In this document: positions 15,281 through 24,511 of the stretch, one piece after another
How the letters are laid out: every line of letters starts with the position of its first letter
Numbering within the stretch: the stretch's first letter is position 1
IMG/VR virus record: IMGVR_UViG_3300002334_000124
Coordinates: 1-64,000 of that record
Strand: one strand, 5' to 3'
DNA length: 64,000 nt
Origin: a virus
Notes under the pieces: model-generated
The model's database searches: none
Seen by the model: only the letters and a program-made list of their open reading frames with translations
Told to the model about the DNA's origin: nothing
Made by a program: the position numbers and the translations under genes

Positions 15281-16384
15281 ATGACAGAAGATATTGATAT
15301 CGGCAAGTTGCTGGTTGAGGCCAACGAATGTGAGGATGATTTCCGTAGATGTTTTTCCCTCGACACTGACTACGCCTTTTCTCTGATTTCCCAGAACCAG
15401 ACGTATTTCTGGGAGTACGGTCTGAAACATCGCATCAAGTCTTCGTTCAAGGGTGTCCCTAGTTTCAATCTCGATTCCTTCATGAAGCTTCACGATCTGG
15501 AACTAACTTGTTCCTACATGTTGAAGACCGCGTCGGACTATCTAGTTCTTGCAAAAGATCGAACATGGTGTGCTAACGTCGATGTTCGTGGTGATGAGAT
15601 ACAGGTTACTCTTGATGCTGTAACAGCAGAGCGTGCTGTCGACCTTATGGTGGCCTGCGATTTCAGTTCCTATATTTCCCCCGTTAAAGACAATCACACC
15701 TCCATGCGGTTCTGGATGATGGGGCAACACGGCATGGAGCTTCACTCTAGAGATCTAGACTTTCCCATTTTCGAGGACATCGTCAAAAGTTACCCGACTG
15801 GAGTACGCAATGCCCTCAATGAGTTGGTCAACACTCCTTTCGGAGAGTCTGGCAACATCATTCTCTTTCACGGTCCTCCAGGCACAGGCAAGACTACGGC
15901 TATTCGCGCTCTTGCTAGACACTGGAGTAAAAACATGGTCTTCAATGTGATCATCGAACCTGATGTCGTCTTCGGTTCCTATTCCAACATCTACCAAATG
16001 AAGAATGGTGACTCTGATGACGAGGACAAGAAACTGATGTTCGTAATTGAGGACAGCGACGAACTAATCAGCGAGGACAGCAAGGCGCGTACTGGTCAAG
16101 CTTTAGCGAAATTGCTCAACATGACTGATGGCTTGATTGGACAGGGAGTGAGTTTCAATGTTATCATCACCACCAATGAACCGATCGACAAGCTACACCC
16201 TGCGCTTATCCGTCCAGGTCGTTGTTTGGCTGATATCCATTTCCCTCCTCTCACAAGAGAAGAGGCTGAGGAGCGATTCCCGGATAAGGAATTCAAAACC
16301 AAGGAAGTAACCTTGGCCGAAGCCTTTGCTCCACCACCAATTCGTTCAGAGAAGAAGGACCACCGTACTGGAACCTACCTCTAG
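15281..16384 (+). CDS. AAA+ ATPase (BCS1-like/DUF5925-associated type)
   Basis: GPPGTGKT, VIEDSDE, LLNMTDGL, TTN...LHPALIRPGR. Confidence 0.88.
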   Translation: MTEDIDIGKLLVEANECEDDFRRCFSLDTDYAFSLISQNQTYFWEYGLKHRIKSSFKGVPSFNLDSFMKLHDLELTCSYMLKTASDYLVLAKDRTWCANVDVRGDEIQVTLDAVTAERAVDLMVACDFSSYISPVKDNHTSMRFWMMGQHGMELHSRDLDFPIFEDIVKSYPTGVRNALNELVNTPFGESGNIILFHGPPGTGKTTAIRALARHWSKNMVFNVIIEPDVVFGSYSNIYQMKNGDSDDEDKKLMFVIEDSDELISEDSKARTGQALAKLLNMTDGLIGQGVSFNVIITTNEPIDKLHPALIRPGRCLADIHFPPLTREEAEERFPDKEFKTKEVTLAEAFAPPPIRSEKKDHRTGTYL

Positions 16385-16389
16385 GACAG

Positions 16390-16461
16390 GCCTCCGCTAG
16401 CGGATCTAGACTCGACCTTCCGAAGGTTGATGAAGGAGTTCAATTCTCCTCGGGGGCTCCA
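16390..16461 (+). tRNA. tRNA-Arg(CCG), no 8-9 linker
   Basis: TCGACC-TTCCGAA-GGTTGA, CCA. Confidence 0.83.
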
Positions 16462-16467
16462 AGATTT

Positions 16468-16541
16468 GCCCTCGCCAGTGGATTCTGGCCGCGAGATTCC
16501 TAATTTTGCTGGTTCGGGTTCGATTCCCGACGAGGGTACCA
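16468..16541 (+). tRNA. tRNA-Arg(CCT), no 8-9 linker
   Basis: GCGAGA-TTCCTAA-TTTTGC, CCA. Confidence 0.83.
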
Positions 16542-16542
16542 G

Positions 16543-16615
16543 GCCCTGCGCACTGGATGTGCAGTCGATGCTTCTAACTTCGACGTGTCAGGTTCGATTC
16601 CTGGGTGGGGCACCA
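16543..16615 (+). tRNA. tRNA-Arg(TCT), no 8-9 linker
   Basis: GTCGATG-CTTCTAA-CTTCGAC, CCA. Confidence 0.8.
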
Positions 16616-16663
16616 CAAGGCAGATCTATTCAGTATGCTCACTCACAGAAAAGGGAGGGAACC

Positions 16664-17173
16664 ATGATGACTACCGGAGTTCTGGTCCTCAACGCCACAT
16701 TTGAACCGATCAACGTCATTCACCTTCATCGCGCTGTATGTCTCGTCGTACAGGAAAAGGCTGACGTGATTGAGTCTGTGGACGGTAAGACTTTCCGTTC
16801 GGCTAACACCGAGATTCCTTGCCCTTCTGTTGTGAAGCTTCGTTACTTTGTGAAGATTCCGTGGAAGCGAAGGCGTCCTGCAGTCACGAATCGTAACGTT
16901 CTTGGTCGTGACAATGATACGTGTGGCTACTGCGGTGGTGAGGCGTCTACCATTGACCACATTCACCCTCGCGCCCATGGTGGTACGAACGACTGGATGA
17001 ACGTGATTGCTGCTTGTTCGCCCTGCAATAGCACGAAGAGCGACCTAACCCTTGAACAGCTTGGTTGGGAACTACTCTTCAAGCCGACTATCCCAGCTGA
17101 TAAGACATGGCTGGTGGTGGGTTGGGCTGAGCGCGAACAACAGGCTAAGTATTTGCAGCACGCGACCATATAG
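16664..17173 (+). CDS. HNH endonuclease (McrA-like)
   Basis: VLVLNATFEP...RDNDTCGYCG..ASTIDHIHPRAHGG...W.NVIAACSPCNSTK. Confidence 0.9.
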   Translation: MMTTGVLVLNATFEPINVIHLHRAVCLVVQEKADVIESVDGKTFRSANTEIPCPSVVKLRYFVKIPWKRRRPAVTNRNVLGRDNDTCGYCGGEASTIDHIHPRAHGGTNDWMNVIAACSPCNSTKSDLTLEQLGWELLFKPTIPADKTWLVVGWAEREQQAKYLQHATI

Positions 17174-17179
17174 AGGCCT

Positions 17180-17254
17180 GCTCCTGTACCCCAATTGGTA
17201 GAGGGACCGCATTCAAAACGCGGCAACGTGAGGGTTCGACTCCCTCCAGGGGCA
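17180..17254 (+). tRNA. tRNA-Leu(CAA), short variable loop
   Basis: loop TTCAAAA. Confidence 0.82.
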
Positions 17255-17259
17255 CTGCT

Positions 17260-17332
17260 GCCTGTGTAACTCAGTTGGTAGAGTACTTCCATGGTAAGGA
17301 AGAAGTCCGGGGTTCGACTCCCCGCCCAGGCC
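17260..17332 (+). tRNA. tRNA-Thr(GGT)
   Basis: CTTCC-ATGGTAA-GGAAG. Confidence 0.9.
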
Positions 17333-17357
17333 CTCAGAAAAACAAATGACAATTAGT

Positions 17358-17384
17358 TGAATAAAACGTATATCCATCCGATAC
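17358..17384 (+). promoter_or_regulatory. sigma-28-type late promoter TGAA-N15-TCCGATAC
   Basis: start of the packaging module. Confidence 0.6.
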
Positions 17385-17405
17385 TGTTCTGGATGGAGGT
17401 ACGTT

Positions 17406-18956
17406 GTGGCTGTTCCAACTGATGAGATTACGGTAATAGGTCCTGCTGGTGGCGTGTTTGTCGTGCTGACGACAGACGAGCAGGAGTATTTCGAGAATCT
17501 TTGCGATCGATACACTAGAGACTATGCGTTCCAGAACGTTTCAGATCTTGCTGACTTAGAGCGTGTGATTCAGAACGAAGTTCTTTCACAGCGGTTTAAC
17601 CGTTTTCTGGGTACGGGCTTTGATTACTGGGGTGATCCGGTCTCGACTAAAGAGTTTACGGATGCAGTCAAAGGCCTGTCTCTCGAATTGCGCGGACTCA
17701 AGAAGGCTCTTGGAATTGATCGCATATCTCGCAAGCATGATTCGTCAGAATCCGTGTCGGATTATGTAACCAAGCTATTAGAGCGTGCTCGTGAATTTTC
17801 CGTAATGCGAAACGAGCAGACCACTAAAGTGTTAACGGTCTTCATGGAGTTACGCGCATTGGTTACCTTGCATGATAACTGCTTGAGTGGAGATACAGAA
17901 GTTTTGACTAGCAATGGTGTGGTTCCTATTGCTACGTTGGCCGACCTCAAGGCTACCGTTCTGAGTAAATCTGGATCCGGTAGGTGGGTTGAAGCCGAAT
18001 TCAAAAGCTTTGGAATGCAGCCTCTTATGGAAATTGTCTTAAAGAGAAATGGTGCAACGAAATTAGTGCGAGCCACGCCTGGGCATCGTTGGTATGTTAA
18101 CGGTCGAATCGTACGCACTGATGAACTGGATCCGGGCATGCGTTTAGATTCTTGTTGGGGTTCGCGTAAATCTGTGAGACCTTCACCACAGGGCGTGCAG
18201 GCGGGGATCGTGTATGGGGATGGGAGTTTAGACAAAAGACAAAAGTCAGGTTCGTTTGTAGTTCTCTGTGGTCTCAAGAATGAAGAACTTCTGAAGTGGT
18301 TCCCCAACAATGAAGTCAAACAAACTAAGGTGGGATTGAAGATCTGTGATCTTCCGCGTTCGTTTAAGTCTCGACCCTCTCTTGATGAATCGAGATCGTA
18401 TCTGTATGGGTGGCTCGCTGGATATTTTGCAGCTGACGGAACTGTGGACCGTAATGGATCACCTTCACTGTCTTCGACATCCTTTGAGTCATTGAAGATT
18501 GCCAGAAATGTTTGCTATCTGCTTTCGATCCCAACTTTGGGTATCTCGTCTGTTGATCGGATTAGCAACCTCACTGGCGAATCTTCAATACTTCACAGGC
18601 TTTCATTCCCAAAAGGTGCACTCGATCGAGAGTTCTTCTTGATTGAAGAACACAGGAATCGGTGGTCAGCCAGGACTCGGCTGGTCAAATCCTATGTTCC
18701 CGATTATGAAGTCGTCACGGTGCTTCCAACTGGTGAGGTGGAAGAGGTTTTCTGTGCCGTTGTTCCTGAATTCCAGAACTTCACTTTGGCTGACAATCTG
18801 CTTTCTGGTAACTGCACGGAGGAAGAACGTCGTACCCAAGGGGCCGAGATAGACGACATCTTGCAATGGCTTCGTGATTACGCATTTCCAGAGTTTGACA
18901 CCATAGACGCTGAGTTCATTAACTCCAGTCAGCGTTATTGGGTCCAGGAAATGTAA
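17406..18956 (+). CDS. intein-containing helical protein upstream of terminase (possible small terminase subunit)
   Basis: GGAGG RBS; 205-aa extein; position in the packaging module. Confidence 0.65.
   Translation: MAVPTDEITVIGPAGGVFVVLTTDEQEYFENLCDRYTRDYAFQNVSDLADLERVIQNEVLSQRFNRFLGTGFDYWGDPVSTKEFTDAVKGLSLELRGLKKALGIDRISRKHDSSESVSDYVTKLLERAREFSVMRNEQTTKVLTVFMELRALVTLHDNCLSGDTEVLTSNGVVPIATLADLKATVLSKSGSGRWVEAEFKSFGMQPLMEIVLKRNGATKLVRATPGHRWYVNGRIVRTDELDPGMRLDSCWGSRKSVRPSPQGVQAGIVYGDGSLDKRQKSGSFVVLCGLKNEELLKWFPNNEVKQTKVGLKICDLPRSFKSRPSLDESRSYLYGWLAGYFAADGTVDRNGSPSLSSTSFESLKIARNVCYLLSIPTLGISSVDRISNLTGESSILHRLSFPKGALDREFFLIEEHRNRWSARTRLVKSYVPDYEVVTVLPTGEVEEVFCAVVPEFQNFTLADNLLSGNCTEEERRTQGAEIDDILQWLRDYAFPEFDTIDAEFINSSQRYWVQEM
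17880..18812 (+). mobile_element. intein with LAGLIDADG homing endonuclease (311 aa)
   Basis: N-term CLSGDTEVLT, block B ATPGHRW, WLAGYFAADG, block F EVFCAVVP, C-term LSGN/C. Confidence 0.92.
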
Positions 18957-19487
18957 ATGAGTCGTCGAACGAAAGAATGGCAGGACACTCTTGATCGAAT
19001 TGAACGAGACGTTCCTGGAACCAAAGAAGTTGATTGGGCTGCCTTGTTTAGTGCCGATCGTTGGATTCTTGGTGATCTAATCAATGACGTTATCAAGATC
19101 AACATCTCTGAGAAGGGCAGGCCTGGTAAGCGTTCAGCTCAAAATGTCGGTGATATCGAAGCTGATCTAAAGAAACTGACCGGTGAAGACTACGCAGTGA
19201 GACCGTTCCCTGATGCCCTCCGAGAGGCCATGGGTGGTAGGTCTATTAGACGCGTGGCGTCTCAGTCCTACCTGGACAAGATGACTGTACATAGGCTCTT
19301 AAACGGCAAGGGCGCCCCCGCTACGGCAGAACAGATGGAATGGTTGGCGATAGCAGTACGAAAAGACCCAAGCTTCTTCATGGAGTATCGGGTTCTTTAC
19401 GTGTGCTCTGTGATCTATCAGATGATGATGTCGTCTTCTGAGGCTGCCACCATACAGTTCAACAAACTAAGGAAGGTAACGAAATGA
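18957..19487 (+). CDS. XRE-like HTH protein
   Basis: SIRRVASQSYLDKMTVHRLLNG...MEWLAIAV. Confidence 0.7.
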   Translation: MSRRTKEWQDTLDRIERDVPGTKEVDWAALFSADRWILGDLINDVIKINISEKGRPGKRSAQNVGDIEADLKKLTGEDYAVRPFPDALREAMGGRSIRRVASQSYLDKMTVHRLLNGKGAPATAEQMEWLAIAVRKDPSFFMEYRVLYVCSVIYQMMMSSSEAATIQFNKLRKVTK

Positions 19488-19732
19488 TGAAGTGGTTCAA
19501 GAAACAACAGATGATTCGGAAGTCTCGCATCATCTCTGCGATCCGTCCAAAAGTGACCGAGGCTATAAGTATTACTAAAGACGAAATTGGAATAAGCCGG
19601 AAAGACAGAGCTGGGATTTCGGCGTCGGATGACGATAGCTCCATTTTTCGTTTCGGCTCACTCGATCAACGTCAAAAGGCACGCCAAAGGATTACGTCGC
19701 AAGGTTCAACTCAAGAAGGAGAAGGTAAATGA
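19484..19732 (+). CDS. hypothetical protein
   Basis: coupled ORF with RBS. Confidence 0.55.
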   Translation: MMKWFKKQQMIRKSRIISAIRPKVTEAISITKDEIGISRKDRAGISASDDDSSIFRFGSLDQRQKARQRITSQGSTQEGEGK

Positions 19733-19995
19733 TTATCCTCAAGAAGCGTCGCACTCGTAAGTTGATAGCAGCCAAGAAAGAGCTTGGCTTACTTCCAAAA
19801 GTGTCTGAGATCGGACTTGCTTGTCGTGATGTCGATTTAGTTGAACTTCTCGAACGGATTCCGGGGGCTGAGGATTATTTAGAGTCTACAAAAACGCCGG
19901 GTATTTGGCAGGAGGAATTCAAGAAGGGGTGGGGGCCGTGGTCGTCCGGATCATGGGAAGAAATGAATAAGATCTCACACTCACAGGTTGGATAG
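19729..19995 (+). CDS. hypothetical protein
   Basis: coupled ORF with RBS. Confidence 0.55.
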   Translation: MIILKKRRTRKLIAAKKELGLLPKVSEIGLACRDVDLVELLERIPGAEDYLESTKTPGIWQEEFKKGWGPWSSGSWEEMNKISHSQVG

Positions 19996-21623
19996 TGGCG
20001 GTACTTGAGAAGCTCTCCGAGGAAGAGATGGCCCTTGTTGCCATCCTTACCGACGAGAGCGGCCTAGATCAGGCAGAGTTTTTGTGGTACGAGCCCGACC
20101 ATGAGGAGACCTTTGGGTGTTTTCGTGCATGGCCGTTTCAGCATGCGTGGTGGAGGTGCAGCGACAAACAGCAAATCGATCAAGCTGCTAGGTCGGTTGG
20201 TAAGACTTTATCTCTGCAGATCAGGGCCTGTGCTTTCCCTACCCTGTTCCCGGCTCAGGAAATGCTTCTGACTGCTCCCGAAGAAAAGCACCTCAAGGTC
20301 TTCACTGACAAGATTGTTGGACGTCTTAAGAGTGTCCGGTTTTACCGAGAGATGCTTGTCAGTGGCACCAGTCGAGGGGTGACGCAGCGCCCATTTTCGA
20401 TCAAGTTCCGTAATCGTGCTGAAATTCTTGGGCGCATTCCTAAACGTGATGGCTCGGGCGTGAAGGGCATGCACCCTCTTTGGTTGGAGATGGACGAAGC
20501 TCAGGACTACCCATCTCCAGGTTGGACTGAACTGTTTGAAACTCTCAAGAGCGGCAAGAGAGGCGCCTGTTGGCGAAGCCATGGGGTAACTCGTGGTGTA
20601 CGCGACGAGTTCTATCGTTTCACTCAGGATGAATCTGACTGGACAGTGCATCGCATCACGGCAATGCATCGTCCTACCTGGACCCCGCAACAACGTGTTG
20701 AAGCGGTCAATAAATACACCAGCGCTAATCATCCCGACTATCGACGTAACATTCTTGGTCAGCATGGTGACATGACGAATCCCTTGTTCGTGCTGCACCG
20801 TCTGCTTCGTTGTGTTGATATGGAATCGGAGAGCAATTACAACGTCAATGAGTACTACCGCATAGATATCACCGATGAGTGGATTCAGGATATCGGTGGC
20901 AATGTTTTGAATCTGCTTGATCCTCCGACGGCACACAAGAAGTACAAGACTGTATGGATAGGAATGGATGTTGGTCTCACTAATCATCCTTCAGAGATAC
21001 TGGTGTTCGCTGAAGAGAAGGTCAAAGGTGAGGAGGACACGTGTCTTAAACTGTTAGCTCGATATCACCTGGATCGAGTGTCTGCTCCTGATCAAACGAA
21101 GATCGTATTGTGGCTGATCGACTTTTACAACACCAGGGCTTTCGCCATGGACAAGACGGGTCTCGGACTGCCTATCTTTCAGGAACTCCAGGCTCAGGCT
21201 GCTGAACTAGGTATCAAGAACGTTCTCGATAAGATCAAGGGTTACAACTTCGGCGAAAAGCTGCTTGTTGATTTCGACGAGACAATCGACGTGGAGGAGT
21301 TCGGTGGTGACGAGATAGAGGATCGTGCCATCTACAAGAAGGCTCTGGAGTACTCCTCAGACAAGCTTCGTGAATTGGTTGACGATCATCGTCTGTTGCT
21401 TCCTGACGACGACATAGTGAAAGAATTTCAGGGGCAGACGTGGACGATCGACAAGAGTGGTATGAACATGTACGGGAAGAAAACCTATTCTCGCGGTTCG
21501 TTTCACGCCTTGGATGCCGCACGTATGGCTGCTTGTGCTTGGGCACAGTACAAGATAGAAGCCCTCTTGCGCGAGCATCGTAAGGTAGATAAGCAAGAGC
21601 CTGTGTACGACGTGTTCTTTTAA
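19995..21623 (+). CDS. terminase large subunit
   Basis: AARSVGKT Walker A, LEMDEAQD Walker B, IGMDVG and MDKTGLG nuclease motifs, HALDA. Confidence 0.9.
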   Translation: MAVLEKLSEEEMALVAILTDESGLDQAEFLWYEPDHEETFGCFRAWPFQHAWWRCSDKQQIDQAARSVGKTLSLQIRACAFPTLFPAQEMLLTAPEEKHLKVFTDKIVGRLKSVRFYREMLVSGTSRGVTQRPFSIKFRNRAEILGRIPKRDGSGVKGMHPLWLEMDEAQDYPSPGWTELFETLKSGKRGACWRSHGVTRGVRDEFYRFTQDESDWTVHRITAMHRPTWTPQQRVEAVNKYTSANHPDYRRNILGQHGDMTNPLFVLHRLLRCVDMESESNYNVNEYYRIDITDEWIQDIGGNVLNLLDPPTAHKKYKTVWIGMDVGLTNHPSEILVFAEEKVKGEEDTCLKLLARYHLDRVSAPDQTKIVLWLIDFYNTRAFAMDKTGLGLPIFQELQAQAAELGIKNVLDKIKGYNFGEKLLVDFDETIDVEEFGGDEIEDRAIYKKALEYSSDKLRELVDDHRLLLPDDDIVKEFQGQTWTIDKSGMNMYGKKTYSRGSFHALDAARMAACAWAQYKIEALLREHRKVDKQEPVYDVFF

Positions 21624-21649
21624 TAGGTCAAATTAGCCTTGGCGTAGCT

Positions 21650-21676
21650 CGAATTAGGTCTTGGAGATGCCGATGA
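21650..21676 (+). promoter_or_regulatory. sigma-28-type promoter CGAA-N15-GCCGATGA
   Basis: upstream of the portal operon. Confidence 0.65.
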
Positions 21677-22020
21677 AGATAACAACCATACCGGAGACTC
21701 CGGTGCGTTCAGCCCCTCAACCAACAACCGTGAGGACTAAGTTGACTGAGTTTGAAGATGAGATCGACAATTATTACGATGTCATGGTCGAATTCAAGAA
21801 CATGGACAGCTCTGAGATCCTTGAGTCCCTGTCGGCGTTCACTGCCAGGGCAAGTCAAATCAGAGCAAATCTGATTCGTCAAGACAACAGGTCTGTCCAG
21901 GCTTTCAGAACCAAACAGCTTGATCCTTTCATAGCCGAATGTGAGCGTCAATTCAAAGTTTGGTCCAGAGTCATTTCAGTTCGTCAGTTCGAGTGGGAAT
22001 CTAGCAGAGGTCAGAGATAA
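21661..22020 (+). CDS. hypothetical helical protein
   Basis: ORF abutting the portal gene; true start probably GTG at 21703. Confidence 0.6.
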   Translation: MEMPMKITTIPETPVRSAPQPTTVRTKLTEFEDEIDNYYDVMVEFKNMDSSEILESLSAFTARASQIRANLIRQDNRSVQAFRTKQLDPFIAECERQFKVWSRVISVRQFEWESSRGQR

Positions 22021-23700
22021 ATGTCAAGCGAAGAGTGGCACAATACAGACGGGTATAGCGTAACGGTTGTTAAAGATCGAGATGTCGAAGTCTCCGATGA
22101 AGATCTTCATGCAGCTTTTGCAGGTTCGGCCGAACTTCAAACTATGACTGACTGGATCAAAAGCATCCGCCCAGACACAGCAGCGATGGACCCTGAACGT
22201 CGGAATCGTGCGGGTCGTTCTGGTGGGATCTTCGAACGTGATCGCTACGCAACGCCTACGGGGATATTTTCTCAATTCAAAGTGGCGAAAGACGCATCCG
22301 AGAACGACGACATAGTGTCAAATGTTCTCGAAACGACCGAGGCGTTGGTCTTCAATAAGGTGCGTGTTGAGTGTGGTGATGATGACGAAGAGAATATTTG
22401 GGACCAAATCCTTTCAGATATGGAACTGGATCTTCGTTTGCGCGAGATGTGGCGTGACCTGTTTGTGTTCAGCCAGTACTATGTGACCTCATTTTGGGAA
22501 CGGCAAACATACCAGATAGAAGGTAAACGCAGGTCTCGTCGTGCTCGCAAGAAGTTTGATCTCATTGTGCCAACTTCGTTGTCCATGTTGGACCCTATGA
22601 AGATCCTTCCCGTCGGAGACTTTCTTTTCGATAAAGAGAAACTGGTTCTTATTGCTAACGCTGGGACCGAAGCCCAAACAATTGATGATGTGGTTGCTGG
22701 CAAGAACACCACTGATTTAGTAATTCGCGAAATGGTTGTTGGTGCTTACGAACCGACCCCTACTGAAGAGTCTTTGCTTAGCGATCTAACTGGTGGTCGC
22801 GGCGTTGGTCGTAACAATCTGTTCGAGTTAGAGCCTAAACGTGTTTGGCGTCATACGTCGACGCGTCCTACGTATGAACGTTTTGCTCCTGTTCGAATGA
22901 AGTCGATCTTTGAATTGTTAGATCTCAAACATCAGTTACGTCAGATGGATCGCGCTCATCTTTTAGGCGCAACTAACTTCATAGTCTTGGTTCGAAAGGG
23001 GTCGGACAAAAAGCCTGCAACTACGGGTGAACTGGCCAGCCTTTCTGCTTCTGTTCGAACAGTAGCACGTACTCCGCTGATCGTTGGTGATCATCGTTTG
23101 ACCGTCGATATCGTTACTCCGAAGATGGATGCCGTGTTGGATCCCAAGCGTTACAACAACATCGACAGTCGAATTACTGCTCGTCTGTATCAGATCTTTC
23201 ACTTGGGTGGATTTTCAGCAGGCGCCAGTGGTGACGACAGTCTCAAATTAGCCAGGGTGATCGCTCGGGGTCTAGAGTCACGTCGTACGGCCATAGCTCG
23301 TAACCTTGAGAAGAATCTCATCTTGCCTATATGGCGTGAGAACAAGTCGTTGACTCGTCGACCTAAGTTGGTCTTCACCCCTCGTCAAGTGGCTCTCGAT
23401 TTCGATCCCAACTTTGTGAATCTGATGCGCGACCTCTTCTTGCATGGAGATATCAGCCGAGAGACCATGTTGGGGGTTGTGGACATAGAACAAGAAGATG
23501 AAGCTCATCGCCGAGAAGTTGAGAAGGATGTGTACGACAAGTTGTTTCCTGAACGTGAAACGAACAAGGGTCAGAAGGGTCGCGTCCAGGGAGGTAATCG
23601 TGGTGGGGGTGGAGAAAATCCTGATTCTAGAGTTCCGAATCCTGGGGATCGACGTCCTGATTCCGACATTCCGGAGGACGAGCTTAGGGACCGCACCTGA
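22021..23700 (+). CDS. portal protein
   Basis: 559 aa after terminase; C-terminal GDISRETML typical of portals; synteny. Confidence 0.72.
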   Translation: MSSEEWHNTDGYSVTVVKDRDVEVSDEDLHAAFAGSAELQTMTDWIKSIRPDTAAMDPERRNRAGRSGGIFERDRYATPTGIFSQFKVAKDASENDDIVSNVLETTEALVFNKVRVECGDDDEENIWDQILSDMELDLRLREMWRDLFVFSQYYVTSFWERQTYQIEGKRRSRRARKKFDLIVPTSLSMLDPMKILPVGDFLFDKEKLVLIANAGTEAQTIDDVVAGKNTTDLVIREMVVGAYEPTPTEESLLSDLTGGRGVGRNNLFELEPKRVWRHTSTRPTYERFAPVRMKSIFELLDLKHQLRQMDRAHLLGATNFIVLVRKGSDKKPATTGELASLSASVRTVARTPLIVGDHRLTVDIVTPKMDAVLDPKRYNNIDSRITARLYQIFHLGGFSAGASGDDSLKLARVIARGLESRRTAIARNLEKNLILPIWRENKSLTRRPKLVFTPRQVALDFDPNFVNLMRDLFLHGDISRETMLGVVDIEQEDEAHRREVEKDVYDKLFPERETNKGQKGRVQGGNRGGGGENPDSRVPNPGDRRPDSDIPEDELRDRT

Positions 23701-23731
23701 ATAAGAGCTGCGCTTTGACCGAAAGAACATC

Positions 23732-24511
23732 ATGACCGCGATAACCTCAACTCCAACGCACATCATGATGACTGATGCTTGCACTTTGCTTCCACAAGAC
23801 CGTGACATTGCCGGGCATTGGGCGCAGGATTTGGTATCTGGCAATCCTGCGTTTCGGTATATTGTTGGGAAGTACATTGAAGCAGACAATCCGAACCGCA
23901 ACATGCAGCAGTGGGTGTTGGCCGATCTTCCGGAAGCTCAGGGAAGCATCAAGAACTCCCCATTGAATGTGCTCCATCGTCAACAGCACATAGTTGGTTC
24001 TTTCTTGGGAAGTGAGTTGCTCTATCCCAAGGGTGGCGATTCCGCGGACGAAATCAATCCTTTCATTGAGGCTCTATCTGCATTCTGGGCTGCCTGTTTT
24101 CCTGATGAGATGAAAGTCGTCGAGAAGGCTCACAATCAGGGCAGTCTTTTCTACTCGATGGAGTGCATCGGTGAGAGCATGACTTTCATCCGCCCTGATG
24201 GCACCCGCTCAAAAGAGATGCCCTACGTTGGCGCGCATAGCGACAAGTACGGCGAAGACGGAGCAAACCCGGAGAACATTCGGCAGATCAACAAGCCTCT
24301 GTTTCTTGGTGGTGCCCTCATATTCCCACCTAAACGACCTGGGTGGAAAGATGCCAAGATCTACCAGGTGGCGGACCTAGTTGAAGCTAATCAACAGGAA
24401 GCAGAAGACCTGTACATCACGTTCGAAGCGGGTTCCCCACACCTTGATTCGGACGTTTGGGAGTCGATGATGCTTGAGGTGTTGACTTCAGCTAAGGGCA
24501 TTGAAGGTTAA
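23732..24511 (+). CDS. capsid maturation protease-like protein
   Basis: NRN...PLNVLH..IVG...YSMEC...GGALI..P.RP.W..A pattern; synteny. Confidence 0.6.
   Translation: MTAITSTPTHIMMTDACTLLPQDRDIAGHWAQDLVSGNPAFRYIVGKYIEADNPNRNMQQWVLADLPEAQGSIKNSPLNVLHRQQHIVGSFLGSELLYPKGGDSADEINPFIEALSAFWAACFPDEMKVVEKAHNQGSLFYSMECIGESMTFIRPDGTRSKEMPYVGAHSDKYGEDGANPENIRQINKPLFLGGALIFPPKRPGWKDAKIYQVADLVEANQQEAEDLYITFEAGSPHLDSDVWESMMLEVLTSAKGIEG

Noticed and set aside
9127-17332. Stop-codon recoding or suppressor tRNAs
   Set aside because: No CTA, TTA or TCA anticodon was found (Leu TAA/TAG and Ser TGA anticodons read sense codons), and the genes are intact under code 11.
8863-17515. Many short ORFs overlapping tRNAs (e.g. 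9120-9329, 11770-12204, 12641-12994, 14351-14557) and 5' extensions of 15188 and 16427
   Set aside because: They are shadows of tRNA/tmRNA sequence without an RBS; starts were moved to 15281 and 16664.
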